A stretch of DNA of 64,000 bases from contig JAWAWX010000001.1 of assembly GCA_038897215.1 (NCBI GenBank), positions 992,001 through 1,056,000 of the forward strand, in the 5' to 3' direction. The position numbers were made by a program, and so were the translations under genes. The notes beneath the pieces are model-generated. The model did not search any database and was not told the DNA's origin. It saw only the letters and a program-made list of their open reading frames with translations. Below, one piece after another: positions 48,590-59,042 of the stretch. Every line of letters starts with the position of its first letter. Positions within the stretch are counted from its first letter, which is position 1. This stretch comes from Acidilobaceae archaeon (GTDB lineage Archaea > Thermoproteota > Thermoprotei_A > Sulfolobales > Acidilobaceae).

Positions 48590-49189
48590 CTAGACCCTCT
48601 TTAGTCTAGCGTCTGCTACAGCTATGCTCTCGACCTCTACTAGAGCGTAGTAGCCGAGAGCTATAGAGCCTGAGTTCACGAAGAGCGCTCCACTTTGCTT
48701 TAGCACTCCAACACTGTCGTGCACGTGACCGAAGAGATGGATGAAGGGCTTGAAGCGCTCTACCAGACGCCTAACCTCGAGAAGCCCCCCGTGGATTCTC
48801 GGAGAGCCTGAGTCTAAGACCCCGGCTGGGGGGTGGTGGGAGACGAGCACTACCGGCTTCTCGACACTTCTCCGCGAGACAGCGTTCTCTAAGAGCTTGA
48901 CGTTGTTAACAGCCTCAAGACCCCCTACACCAGCTACCGCAAAGTCTCCGACATCTCTCACCAACCCGTCGAGGAGAGAGCTCTCTCTCTTCAGCAACCT
49001 GTATATAGCCGGGTTGTCTAGCTCTCCCGTGACAACATAAACCTCCCCCCCTTCTTCTAGCAGGAGCTCCGCTATATCGATACACTCGAAGTCTCCAGTG
49101 TAGACGACTATTCTGAACGCTTCTCTCTTTAGCACAGAGGATAGCATCGAGTGTTCGCAATGAGCGTCAGAGAGGTGGAGTAGGCGCAC
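48590..49189 (-). CDS. calcineurin-like metallophosphoesterase
   Basis: SDAH, TGD, GELD, SHHPP, GHVH. Confidence 0.85.
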   Translation of the reverse strand: MRLLHLSDAHCEHSMLSSVLKREAFRIVVYTGDFECIDIAELLLEEGGEVYVVTGELDNPAIYRLLKRESSLLDGLVRDVGDFAVAGVGGLEAVNNVKLLENAVSRRSVEKPVVLVSHHPPAGVLDSGSPRIHGGLLEVRRLVERFKPFIHLFGHVHDSVGVLKQSGALFVNSGSIALGYYALVEVESIAVADARLKRV

Positions 49190-49214
49190 AGACAGCGCCC
49201 TCGAGGACTCAGCT

Positions 49215-49643
49215 CTAGCTCTCAGTCTCCCCTATGAATACGAGAGTTATCTGCCTACTGCGAGGCCCATCCATCTCTACGACCATGATCCTCTGCCACG
49301 TCCCGAGCGCTAGTCTCCCGTTGATTACCGGTATTACTCTCTCTCCTCCCAAGACTATGTTCGAGAGATGAGCGTGAGCGTTTTCATCTACGAGATTGTG
49401 TCTCCAGGGAGCTCCCGGCTTCGTTATCTCAGACATAAGGCTTATGATGTCCTCCTTGAGACCAGGCTCGCTCTCATTCACCACGATAGACATAGTGGTG
49501 TGCGGCGAGTAAACCAGCAGGAGCCCGCTCCTAGCCCTGATCTCTCTAAGCCACTCCTCCACTCTACCAGTCACATCTACTACCTCGCGAGGTCTTCTAG
49601 TCTCGAGAGCTATGCGCTCGTGGAGAACCTTCAAGCCGCTCAC
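49215..49643 (-). CDS. yjbQ: YjbQ/UPF0047 family protein
   Basis: PHTT, NE, NAHAHL, LGTWQ, EMDGPR. Confidence 0.92.
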   Translation of the reverse strand: MSGLKVLHERIALETRRPREVVDVTGRVEEWLREIRARSGLLLVYSPHTTMSIVVNESEPGLKEDIISLMSEITKPGAPWRHNLVDENAHAHLSNIVLGGERVIPVINGRLALGTWQRIMVVEMDGPRSRQITLVFIGETES

Positions 49644-49769
49644 GCTCCCACCTCTTCTAGCGCTTAGGCTATGCTTTATAGCCCCTAGGACTCCTCTCTC
49701 CTAGCTGGCGGGATGCCCGGCTAGAGCCTCCGGCTAGGAGAAGCCGGGGCTAGTTAGCCGAGATAACCG

Positions 49770-51677
49770 GTGACGATGCGGCGGCTGTGGGACCGCGGCG
49801 GTGTCAGAGCTGTGGTTGAGGAGAGTATTCGATTCCCCTACGATTCCTTTAGGAGAGGGCAGAAAGAGCTTAGTGATGAGATAGCTCAGGGTGTAGCTAG
49901 CGGCGATATTGTTGCTGTTAAAGCGCCCACGGGATTCGGGAAGACTGTTGCAGTGCTATATGGAGTCTTGAGAGCTGGTGTTGAGAAAGTAGTCTACGTA
50001 GTGAGGACTGTCAACGAGCTAGACCCAGTGGTTAGAGAGCTCAAGCGCTTCGATGAACCCTTCACCTTCCTCTTCTCTGCTAGAAGGTCCTGCCCCCTTA
50101 TGCAGAAACACTTCTCTAAAGGCATTCCGAGACATGAGGATTTCTGGAGGAACTGCTCTATAGCTAGACTGAAGGGTTTGTGCTCCTACTACGAGAAAGC
50201 CTCTAGCATAGACGGAGCTAGAGTCGTGAGCTATCTGCGCTCATATCCAGGATTTCACGCTCATCTGATTGCTCGAGAGCTAGCTAGGAGCTTCAACGTA
50301 TGCCCCTTCTTCTCTCTAGTCAAGACGATCGAGGCTTCTAGAGTAGTCGCGGCTACCTACCCTTATCTCTTTGAGAGAGAGATCTTCGAGGAGATCTTCT
50401 ACGATTACAGCTACTCCGATTTAGTAGTAGTTGTCGACGAAGCACACAATCTGCTAAACGCGCAGAGCCTTGTCGAGCGTAGAGTGAGCCTGAGCGAGCT
50501 AGAAGAAGCAGCTCGAGAAATAGAGAAGTACGAGCCTGACTTCGCGAGCCTAGCTACTCCACTCTATCGAGTACGCGATTCTCTAGCTCAGCTAGCTAAG
50601 CGTAGAGTGAGGGGCCTCAAGCACCTAGATAAGAGTCTCGTAGCTGAAGCTGTGAATAGCTATGAACTCCTATCAGACCTGGAGAGAGAGATTAGGGAGA
50701 AGCTGCTCCTCAAAGCTCTACTCGAGTCTAGAGAGCTCTCTCCAGTAAGCCTAGCTCTAAGCAGGGTCGTCAAGTGGCTGGAGAGCTTGAAGAACCCAGA
50801 CTACTTCCTCTTTGCTGCTCTCGAGGGAGACTCTCCTCAGCTCGTATCAACGCCCATAGACCCCTCTGTAGTCGCTCGCGAGCCTCTAGACTCTAGTAGA
50901 GCATCTGTGCTGATGAGTGGAACCCTTCCTCCACCCAGCGTGCTCAGGTCTATCCTAGGCTTGACTAAGCCTCTAAGATACGTGGATACCGAGATGCTCT
51001 ACGGGCCTCTAGTACCCTACTCGAGCATAGCTACCATCGTAGCCACAGACGTCACGACACTCTATAGGGAGAGAGGCGCGCGGATGTACCAGAAGATAGC
51101 TAGCTATCTCACAGTGATAGCTAGAACCCTTCCTGGACCCAAGCTGGTAGTGTATCCTAGCTACGACTTGATGAAGTCTATCACCAGCCTGCTACCTCTA
51201 GACCTAGATATGGTCGTCGAGACTGCTGCAACCAGCTTGAGTGAAGTCGAGGAGAGAGTTAGGAGCACGCGAGACATCTTGATCAACGCTGTAGCCGGAG
51301 GAAAGCTGGTCGAGGGCGTCGAGTTCACTGAAGAGGATGGGAGAAACATACTCCACATAGTGGTGCTCGTCGGAGTCCCCTTCCCCCAGACAGACGACTT
51401 TACAGAGATGGCTATAGAAGCTCTATCGAGGAGATTCAAGAGCAGAGGAGAGGCGAGAAGAAGCTTCTACCTGAGCACAGCGGCTATTAGAGCAAAGCAG
51501 GCTCTAGGGAGAGCTCTCAGAGCACCCGAAGACCGCGCTATCTTCATCCTACTAGACTACAGGTATCTTAGGAGAGACTTGAAGAGCCTTCTAGGAATAC
51601 GCTACAACGACATTGTAGGAGACCCCGAAGCACTCGAGGAAGCTCTCGAGAGAGCTAGAAGAATCCTAGAAATCTAA
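49770..51677 (+). CDS. xpd: XPD/Rad3/DinG Fe-S helicase (start probably GTG near 49812)
   Basis: FPY, APTGFGKT, four Fe-S Cys, DEAH, MSGTL, EGVEF, QALGRALR, LDYRY. Confidence 0.9.
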   Translation: MTMRRLWDRGGVRAVVEESIRFPYDSFRRGQKELSDEIAQGVASGDIVAVKAPTGFGKTVAVLYGVLRAGVEKVVYVVRTVNELDPVVRELKRFDEPFTFLFSARRSCPLMQKHFSKGIPRHEDFWRNCSIARLKGLCSYYEKASSIDGARVVSYLRSYPGFHAHLIARELARSFNVCPFFSLVKTIEASRVVAATYPYLFEREIFEEIFYDYSYSDLVVVVDEAHNLLNAQSLVERRVSLSELEEAAREIEKYEPDFASLATPLYRVRDSLAQLAKRRVRGLKHLDKSLVAEAVNSYELLSDLEREIREKLLLKALLESRELSPVSLALSRVVKWLESLKNPDYFLFAALEGDSPQLVSTPIDPSVVAREPLDSSRASVLMSGTLPPPSVLRSILGLTKPLRYVDTEMLYGPLVPYSSIATIVATDVTTLYRERGARMYQKIASYLTVIARTLPGPKLVVYPSYDLMKSITSLLPLDLDMVVETAATSLSEVEERVRSTRDILINAVAGGKLVEGVEFTEEDGRNILHIVVLVGVPFPQTDDFTEMAIEALSRRFKSRGEARRSFYLSTAAIRAKQALGRALRAPEDRAIFILLDYRYLRRDLKSLLGIRYNDIVGDPEALEEALERARRILEI

Positions 51678-51829
51678 GCTAAGCTGGGGCTTGAGAGAAG
51701 AGCCCGGCTCTGCCTCTAAGGCTTGTCGAGTCTCGCGCTTGGCGCGCAGCTATTTGGTCGAGGAGGAGCCCCTTAGGCGAGCTCTAAGGTTTAATATTCT
51801 CTAGCACGCTAAACATCAGGGATTCCTGG

Positions 51830-52906
51830 ATGGGTGGAGAAGGGCTACATAAGATACTGGAGTCTCGAGGGGAGGGTGTAGCTGTCTACGTCTCTCAAGA
51901 GGTAGGAGTGTCTCTCGGCGGGTCTTCAGCTAGGAGAGTTAGCGTCAAGATACCGAAGAATAAGCCTAGAGGCTTCGAGATAGAGCACAGCATACTAGCT
52001 CTAGGCATCGAGATACCCCCAGCTCTAGCTCTGCCACTTAGGTGGAGACTAGAGCTAGACCACGTGGCTATCTCTAGAGAGCTGAAGCCGCAGTTCAGGT
52101 CTCAGCTAGAGGAGACTCTCTACTGCAGGTCTCTCTTCGACGTCAAGCCCTTACTGTCATCGCAAGGGAGGAGGCTCGAGAGCGCTCACGCTATCCTAAG
52201 AGCTTCTTTCGATGCCGCGCACCCCATAGTCTTAAGAGATGCCAGCATGTTCTCTGTCTACAAGAAGCCCGGCTCGAAGCAATACCACTCCGCCATATAC
52301 TACTCTGGAGCTCTCGTAGCAGAGCCTGGCTCGAAGCTTAGCTTCCCTGCTCCAAGCTCCAGCCTTGAGAGCTCTCAGTCTCTAGCATGCGTTACTCTGC
52401 TACTCCCCTCATCACTCTCTAGAGTCACTCTCTCGTCCTCGCTTACGAGCACGACCGTGGAGGGACCGGGCTTTAGAGTTGTAGAGCTCCCCATACTATC
52501 CGAGAATGATGCTCTGATGATCGAATACCACCAGTCAGAGATGAAGTTCTATCCGAGGAAAGCTGTGATAGCTGACGTAGTGTTTATGCATAACAAGCTA
52601 GACGCGCCCAAGCTATCGGCTAGAGTCGAGAAGCAAGAGCTTTCCGGAAGCTTCCTCAATCTAGACGTGGTCGTAGAGAATCCCGACTATAGAAGCGTAG
52701 ACGAGGTAACAGTGAGTATCAAACACGGAGCTATGACAGTAAAGGAAGTCAGACTGCCTAAGGTTGAGGGCGAGTCCGAGACCCACGTAGCGATCCCCAT
52801 AGACCTCTCGAAGATCTCAATTAGGCCTCAGAGGCTTGTGATTAAGCTAGAGTGGGTCTACGAGGGTGTGCATTTAAGCTCCTTCACCGAGATTAGGCTA
52901 CAGTAA
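51830..52906 (+). CDS. hypothetical beta-rich protein with probable C-terminal Ig/CARDB-like domain
   Basis: 358-aa open frame, TTTAATA promoter-like sequence upstream; alternating-hydrophobic strands (LNLDVVVEN, VTVSIK). Confidence 0.65.
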   Translation: MGGEGLHKILESRGEGVAVYVSQEVGVSLGGSSARRVSVKIPKNKPRGFEIEHSILALGIEIPPALALPLRWRLELDHVAISRELKPQFRSQLEETLYCRSLFDVKPLLSSQGRRLESAHAILRASFDAAHPIVLRDASMFSVYKKPGSKQYHSAIYYSGALVAEPGSKLSFPAPSSSLESSQSLACVTLLLPSSLSRVTLSSSLTSTTVEGPGFRVVELPILSENDALMIEYHQSEMKFYPRKAVIADVVFMHNKLDAPKLSARVEKQELSGSFLNLDVVVENPDYRSVDEVTVSIKHGAMTVKEVRLPKVEGESETHVAIPIDLSKISIRPQRLVIKLEWVYEGVHLSSFTEIRLQ

Positions 52907-52922
52907 CGTCTAGGAGAAAGCC

Positions 52923-53999
52923 ATGGTTGAAACTATAATAATGAGAGTAGACCCCCTCAGCCCCGATATAGACGCGATAAAGCTAGCTGCTAGCATCGTG
53001 AAGAGAGGAGGCATAGTAGCGTTCCCGACGGAGACAGTGTACGGTCTCGGGTGCGATGCCTTCAATAGCGATGCCGCTAGGAGAGTCTTCGAGGCTAAAA
53101 TGAGGCCTCCCGATAACCCACTCATAGTCCACATATCGTCCATAGAGCAACTAGACATCGTGGCTCGCAGAGTCCCCGAAGACGCGTACAAGCTCGCGAG
53201 AAGATTCTGGCCCGGTCCTCTCACCATAGTTCTAGAGAAGAATCCCCGCGTTCCCTCGATAGTAACAGGGGGTCTCGATACCGTAGCTGTGAGGATGCCT
53301 GCTCACCCAGTAGCGCTTAAGCTGATAGAGTACTCTGAGACCCCCATAGCCGCGCCTAGCGCTAACCTATCCGGAAGACCTAGCCCTACTCGCGGAGAGC
53401 ACGTAATCAGAGACATGGCTGGAAGAGCAGACGTCATAATAGATTCTGGAGAGACTCTCTACGGAGTCGAGTCCACTATAGTCGATATTTTGTCGGAGCC
53501 GCCGAGAATCCTGAGGCTTGGAGCTTACCCGGTTGAGGAGATCGAGAGAGAGCTCGGCAGAAGAATCGTCATCCCAGACTTCGCTCGAGGACTGAGAGAA
53601 GCCGAGGTCGCTCTATCCCCGGGGATGAAGTATCGCCACTACGCGCCCCAGACACCCCTACTGCTAGTAGAGGCTGAGAGCTACGAGAACCTAGGAGTGT
53701 ACGCTGAGAGAGTGCTAGAGCTAGCTACTAGGCTAGCCGGAGAAGGCAGGAGAGTAGCCATAGTGTCATCTCGCGAGACATCGAGACTCTACGCTGAGAG
53801 AGGCTTCACTACTCTAGAGTTAGGGTCTAGGAGAAACCCCTACGAGCTAGCCAAAAACCTCTACCACGTGCTTAGACAGGTAGACGAGCTTGGAGTAGAC
53901 CTAGCTATAGCCGAGGGGTTTGAGGAGAGAGGGCTGGGATTGACTGTGATGAGTAGACTCAGGAAAGCGTCGACTCAGAGAATCTCGGTAAACCTCTAG
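52923..53999 (+). CDS. sua5: threonylcarbamoyl-AMP synthase Sua5
   Basis: FPTETVYGLG, KMRPPDNPLIVH, WPGPLT, APSANLSG, PGMKYRHYAP. Confidence 0.96.
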   Translation: MVETIIMRVDPLSPDIDAIKLAASIVKRGGIVAFPTETVYGLGCDAFNSDAARRVFEAKMRPPDNPLIVHISSIEQLDIVARRVPEDAYKLARRFWPGPLTIVLEKNPRVPSIVTGGLDTVAVRMPAHPVALKLIEYSETPIAAPSANLSGRPSPTRGEHVIRDMAGRADVIIDSGETLYGVESTIVDILSEPPRILRLGAYPVEEIERELGRRIVIPDFARGLREAEVALSPGMKYRHYAPQTPLLLVEAESYENLGVYAERVLELATRLAGEGRRVAIVSSRETSRLYAERGFTTLELGSRRNPYELAKNLYHVLRQVDELGVDLAIAEGFEERGLGLTVMSRLRKASTQRISVNL

Positions 54000-56167
54000 C
54001 TCTCCATGAAGCTCTCGAGACCCCTGCCTTTACTCTTCTTCGAGCTAGAGATGCCGAGAAACTCCATTATCGCCTCCACGGTAGCCGGACCTATCCCCGG
54101 CACTTTAGCCAAGTCCTCTGGCTTGGCTACCATCAAGTCGTAGAGAGTCCTGTAGCCAGCCTCGTAGAGTCTCCGAGCTCTAACCCTGCCGATCCTGGGT
54201 ATCGCTACTAGAGGCAGTAGCTCCGGCTTGACTCCATGCCTCAGTCTCTTGGATAATAGTAAGAGTCTCTGAGAGAGCTCTCGCGAGTTGAAGCCGACTA
54301 GAACAACGCTAGCTAGACTGGAGGCGATCCACTCAGCTGAGTCCACTAGAACCGCTATGTCTCCAGGCCCTACTCCATAAGATTCTAGTATGGAGTCTTC
54401 TGAGACCTCGTTGACCCAGTCGTGAAGCACTAGAGCCGTCCTAGCTGCTCTAGCTTCTCTAACGTCATCCCAGTCTATGAGAGAAGCTAGTCTTGGACTG
54501 TAGTCTAGGAATCTGTCTATAGTGCTAGAGATCTCCCTCTTGGAGGCAGGTAGGAGCGTCATATCCGGCATAAAGGCTACGATGAGGAGAGCCTCTAGGT
54601 CTCCTACCTCGACTCCCGCTAGCCTATCTAGTATCTCTTCGAGAACAGGCACTGTTTGCGGGTCTAGGTAGCTCCTCGAGACCTCTACTCCTAGAGCTGT
54701 GGGCCTGTAGGAGTCTCGAGACCCCTCTATTAGCCTCCACAACTCGAGCTGCCTGACTGCTGTCTCTACCTGGCTTCTAACCTCCTCTAGTCTTCTTCCT
54801 CTAGCGTAGAGAGTCTTCGAGACCACCTCGAGGACCTCTTTTAGCGATGTGGCTAGCTTGGATGCTATGAGCCCTAAAGCCATGTGTCTGAGCCCTCTCA
54901 GCCCCCCTAGGCTACTCGATACCGGCTCCACTACTCCTCTAGCGTAGGCATTCAGCAACTCGTCTACATCCTCAGAGCTCTCGGCTACTATTACAGCCTC
55001 CCCCTGGGGGTCGAGCCCAGGTCTTCCTGCTCTACCAGCTAGCTGCTTGTACTCAGCTACACTCAAGGGCTTCCAGATGCCTTCCTCGAATCTGTAGATA
55101 TCGTCAACCACCACTCTCCTAGCTGGTAGATTGACTCCAGCTGCGAGAGTAGGAGTAGCTGAGATCGCTGCAAGACCCCCTCTCCTAAAAGCGTCTTCTA
55201 TCGCTCTCCTCTGAGTACTCGATAAGCCTGCGTGGTGATAAGCGACACCCCTCCTAACTAGGCTAGCTATCTCTTCCTTCAAGCTCTTGGGCCCATCGCT
55301 CTCCAGGATCTCAGAGGCAGCTTCTCTAGCTGTTCTCTCATCGAAATAGAGCTTAGCCGAGTACTTAGCTAGCTTCTCCGCTGTAGCTACAGCTCTCCTC
55401 CTAGCTTGAACGAAGACAATAGCCTGCCCTCCTACTTTATTGATATCGACTACTAGGTCTACGCTGGCTATGTCGCCAGTTCTGCTAACTCTGTGAGTCT
55501 CTCCGTTAGAGTACTTGATCAAGCCGTCCCAGTAGACTCCCTCTCTTAGAGGGACGGGTCTCCAATCGCTGACAACGAGCTTAGCTCCAATCCAATCAGC
55601 TATCTCTCCAGCATTAGGTACTGTAGCGCTTAACCCGATTATCTGAGGAGGCTCTCTAGAGGAGAGTAGCTTAGCTATGAGGGATTCGAGTACAGGACCT
55701 CTTTCAGGGTCTCCTACGTAGTGTATCTCGTCTACCACTATTGCCGCCAGTATTTCAGCAATACCCGGGTTGTTTCTGAGAAGAGAGTCTAGCTTCTCGT
55801 ACGTCGTCACCACTATATTGCCTTCTACGTCTCCCTCTGTGTAGTCGCCTACGCTAACGCCTACTCTGAAGCCTAGCGCTTCTAGCTTCCTCACTTCTCT
55901 ATACTTCTCGAGAGCTATGCTTCTAAGAGGCACTGTGTAGACTGCTCTCCTATCTCTCTTCTCGTAGAGCCTATTGACTATAGCTATCAAGCCTATGAGA
56001 GTCTTCCCGGAAGCTGTGGGAGCCGCTACTATCAGATTGTGCCCGCTCTCTACTCCAGCTTCGAGAGCCTGCCTTTGTGGAGGAAATAGCTCTCTATAGC
56101 CTAGAATCTCGAGTAGCCTAGCTGTAGCCTCTCTAACCTCCATCAAGCTCACACAGCTGAGTAGCAC
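53996..56167 (-). CDS. hel308: Ski2-like DNA helicase Hel308/Hjm
   Basis: APTASGKT, TTYEK, DEIH, LSAT, HHAGL, TLAAGVNLP, QLAGRAGRP, RVRARRLY, HhH. Confidence 0.93.
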   Translation of the reverse strand: MLLSCVSLMEVREATARLLEILGYRELFPPQRQALEAGVESGHNLIVAAPTASGKTLIGLIAIVNRLYEKRDRRAVYTVPLRSIALEKYREVRKLEALGFRVGVSVGDYTEGDVEGNIVVTTYEKLDSLLRNNPGIAEILAAIVVDEIHYVGDPERGPVLESLIAKLLSSREPPQIIGLSATVPNAGEIADWIGAKLVVSDWRPVPLREGVYWDGLIKYSNGETHRVSRTGDIASVDLVVDINKVGGQAIVFVQARRRAVATAEKLAKYSAKLYFDERTAREAASEILESDGPKSLKEEIASLVRRGVAYHHAGLSSTQRRAIEDAFRRGGLAAISATPTLAAGVNLPARRVVVDDIYRFEEGIWKPLSVAEYKQLAGRAGRPGLDPQGEAVIVAESSEDVDELLNAYARGVVEPVSSSLGGLRGLRHMALGLIASKLATSLKEVLEVVSKTLYARGRRLEEVRSQVETAVRQLELWRLIEGSRDSYRPTALGVEVSRSYLDPQTVPVLEEILDRLAGVEVGDLEALLIVAFMPDMTLLPASKREISSTIDRFLDYSPRLASLIDWDDVREARAARTALVLHDWVNEVSEDSILESYGVGPGDIAVLVDSAEWIASSLASVVLVGFNSRELSQRLLLLSKRLRHGVKPELLPLVAIPRIGRVRARRLYEAGYRTLYDLMVAKPEDLAKVPGIGPATVEAIMEFLGISSSKKSKGRGLESFMES

Positions 56168-58245
56168 TCAGTGTATTTTTCGATTATCAGCCCGTTTCTG
56201 TGAAGCTTCTCTATCGCTTCTCTCACTCTACTCTCCGTAGCCTCGGGGTATCTCGATGTGATCTCTTTTATCAAATCAGAAGCTTTCACGCAAGCCTCTC
56301 TGCCAGCTCGCTTAATGATATCATAGACCTCAGTCATCAGCCTTCTTTGAGTGAAGCTAGCGCCCGTCATTATCGTAGTTACGTCAACCGCTCCGCTCTC
56401 GATATCAAGTCCCACGCTCTCCAGGAATGAGAGCATGAGCCTTATAGCAGCTATAGCGTCCTCTTCGAGAATCTCGTTCCTCAAAGCCATCCTAGCGTGA
56501 GCTCCCGCTATCCTGATCAGAGCCTCTAGCTGTCTAGCCGTGATGGGTACAGGAGTCTGTCCTGCTTGCTGATAGTGGAGAGCTGTGCTCCTCATCTCTA
56601 CGAAGAACTCCTCTATGATCTTCTCTGCGAGAGGAGTGAGCTCTGGCCTCACGTATCTCCTAGCGTATATTATATACTTCTTCAAGAGCTCCGGGTCTAT
56701 GTCGGGCTTGAATCTATCTGCTACGCTGTGAGCTCTCAGTATATACCTGGCTAGCTGCTTGTCTCTCTCTACTCCTATTATGTCTCTAACCACGAAGATG
56801 AGGTCGAATCTAGATAGGATCGTTGGGGGCAGGTTGACGTTATCTATGAAGGATTTAGTGGGGTCGTAGACTCCAAACTTGGGGTTTCCTGCTGCCAGCA
56901 CTGTGGTTCTAGCGTTAAGTCTTGCTACTATGCCTGCTTTAGATATGCTTATAATCTGTTGCTCCATAGCCTCGTGTATAGCTACTCTATCGTTTTTCTC
57001 CATCTTATCTATCTCGTCTATGACGGCTACCCCGCCGTCTGCCAGAACTAGAGCGCCCGCTTCTAGATAGTACTCGCCTGTCTTCGGGTCCTTCAAGACC
57101 GCTGCTGTCAGCCCCGCTGCAGTAGAGCCCTTGCCCGTAGTGTACACAGCTCTAGGAGCTAGCCTATAGCCCGCCTGTAGTAGCTGGCTCTTAGCTACAC
57201 CGGGGTCGCCTATTATGAGTACGTGTATGTCGCCCCTTATCCTAGTCCCATCGGGGAGAGTTCTAGGGCTACCTCCGAAGAGAGCTACCGCTATGGCTTC
57301 TTTTATATCCCAGTATCCGTAGATGCTGGGAGCTATGCTGGCTATGATCCTCTCCTTAACCCACGGGTCTCTCGCTAGTTGCTTGATCTTCTCCTCGTCT
57401 TCACGCGTTATGCTAACCTCCTCTAGGACTCTCTCAGATACCTTCAAGCTGTTTGCTTCAACGTATATGTTGAAGTAGGGGACTTTCTCGCTCACTGCAG
57501 CCTCTAAGCTCACGATGCCAGCTATCGTCACTCTATCGCCCGGTCTAGCAGAGTCTACTAGGTCGTGTGTGAGCTGAACCTCAATGCTTCTAGGCATCTG
57601 GCCTCCCGGGACGTCCTCGGGCTTCTCCTGAACTACTATCCTCTGCCAGTCTATGAACTCGGAGAGCTCGCGTATGAGCACAAACTTGCCTCCACTCTGG
57701 AGGCAGACGGGGCATACAGCTGGCTTCTCTATCTTCTCCCCCATCTCCTCTCCTTCAGGAGGCCATGGGAAGGTCTGACCGCAAGTGCTCTGCCCTCCCT
57801 CGTACTTCTCGTGTCTGTAGACTGCTTTGACTAGCTTGCTTCTCACTGGATGCATTCTAGTTATTATCCCCTCTATCTGGACTAGCTTGCCTACGTGCTC
57901 GCTCCTCACGTCTCTTATCTTCAGCGTATCGATTAGATTAGTGACTCTCACGAAGAACTTCTTCTTTCTCTCAGCTAGCTCTGGGAATTCCTGCATGACT
58001 ATCTCTCTAACAGCCTCCCCCGCTTCTCTCAAGACTACACGAGGCCTATCGACTAAGTCCTCGGCTAGTCTCGTATCGAACCTATAGAGGTCTGTGAACT
58101 CTACTGATAGGCTTGAAGCCCCGTAGCTAGCCATCCTCCTAAGTCTCTCTAGATACTTGAGTCTCCCCGTCTCGTCTCTGAAGTTCAAGAGGAAGTCTCT
58201 GAATCTCTCCAAGTACCCGATCTGTATTACCGCCTCTTCAGCCAC
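56149..58245 (-). CDS. mcm: replicative helicase MCM (no intein)
   Basis: GDPGVAKSQ, GLTAAV, IDEIDKM, HEAMEQQ, SRFD, ITARQLE. Confidence 0.97.
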   Translation of the reverse strand: MAEEAVIQIGYLERFRDFLLNFRDETGRLKYLERLRRMASYGASSLSVEFTDLYRFDTRLAEDLVDRPRVVLREAGEAVREIVMQEFPELAERKKKFFVRVTNLIDTLKIRDVRSEHVGKLVQIEGIITRMHPVRSKLVKAVYRHEKYEGGQSTCGQTFPWPPEGEEMGEKIEKPAVCPVCLQSGGKFVLIRELSEFIDWQRIVVQEKPEDVPGGQMPRSIEVQLTHDLVDSARPGDRVTIAGIVSLEAAVSEKVPYFNIYVEANSLKVSERVLEEVSITREDEEKIKQLARDPWVKERIIASIAPSIYGYWDIKEAIAVALFGGSPRTLPDGTRIRGDIHVLIIGDPGVAKSQLLQAGYRLAPRAVYTTGKGSTAAGLTAAVLKDPKTGEYYLEAGALVLADGGVAVIDEIDKMEKNDRVAIHEAMEQQIISISKAGIVARLNARTTVLAAGNPKFGVYDPTKSFIDNVNLPPTILSRFDLIFVVRDIIGVERDKQLARYILRAHSVADRFKPDIDPELLKKYIIYARRYVRPELTPLAEKIIEEFFVEMRSTALHYQQAGQTPVPITARQLEALIRIAGAHARMALRNEILEEDAIAAIRLMLSFLESVGLDIESGAVDVTTIMTGASFTQRRLMTEVYDIIKRAGREACVKASDLIKEITSRYPEATESRVREAIEKLHRNGLIIEKYTECYSAV

Positions 58246-58798
58246 TCCCCGCTCCCCCCACTATCTTCTTGATATACGACCTCCAGCTAGAAACAGCTCT
58301 CAGGAGGTAATCGTATAGGACTAGCTCTTCTACAGTAATCCTGGTCTTCACTCCAGCGTCTTGAGAGTAGGCTAGCTTGAGGAGCTTGAGGAGCCTGGTT
58401 TCAGCTATGTCTACGAGGTTTTTCTCAGCGCTATCTCTATCTCTGAGTAGCATGTGGGAGGGGTTTTCTCTGATTATTCTATCAATCTTCTCGATAAACT
58501 CTCTAGCGCGTAGATAGAAGTCTTGCTGGAAGGCTACGAGCTCTCCCGGAGGGTTCCTCCTCTCTCTGAAGTGGAAGGTGTTAATCGTGTTTAAGTCGAC
58601 CTCGCTATCTCTGATCTCAGCGAAGCCCATATTCTTCAGTATCCGGGCCTGCCAGCGAGGGAGCTCTAACTCGTCTCCTCTCTTAACCGAGACGACCCCC
58701 ATGGGTGTAGGGAGCTGCGGGTAGTCTTTGAGAAACACGACTCTCACTTTCCTCAACTCGTAATCTAAGCTCGCTAGCTCTAGTCTCTCAGCTAGCAC
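58238..58798 (-). CDS. GINS23 subunit
   Basis: N-terminal B-domain (GDELELPRWQA), DFY, RLLKL; immediately upstream of mcm. Confidence 0.85.
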   Translation of the reverse strand: MLAERLELASLDYELRKVRVVFLKDYPQLPTPMGVVSVKRGDELELPRWQARILKNMGFAEIRDSEVDLNTINTFHFRERRNPPGELVAFQQDFYLRAREFIEKIDRIIRENPSHMLLRDRDSAEKNLVDIAETRLLKLLKLAYSQDAGVKTRITVEELVLYDYLLRAVSSWRSYIKKIVGGAGSG

Positions 58799-59042
58799 GA
58801 CAGCCTATACACCCGAGTAGAATACTACGATATAAGGAGGTAATTACCTCTCTAGCTCCTCTACTCTCAACGCGCTCGAGGCAAGAGCTCTCCGCGAGAG
58901 TAGCGCTGTCTCGGCTACGAGACTGAAGCTGTGCCTGAGAGTGTGGAAAAGCTTGTTGCATGAGGGTAAGTGGTTGAGCATAAGTGGGTAGCGTTGATAG
59001 CGTGGAGTACTCCAAGCTTCTCCCCGCTAGCTACTAGACTTC

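Noticed and set aside
33607-58245. Inteins in RFC-S or MCM
   Set aside because: Both have normal lengths (324 and 698 aa) and continuous motifs.
58788-59015. 75-aa ORF upstream of gins23
   Set aside because: No motif, atypical composition, and it spans the probable gins23 promoter.
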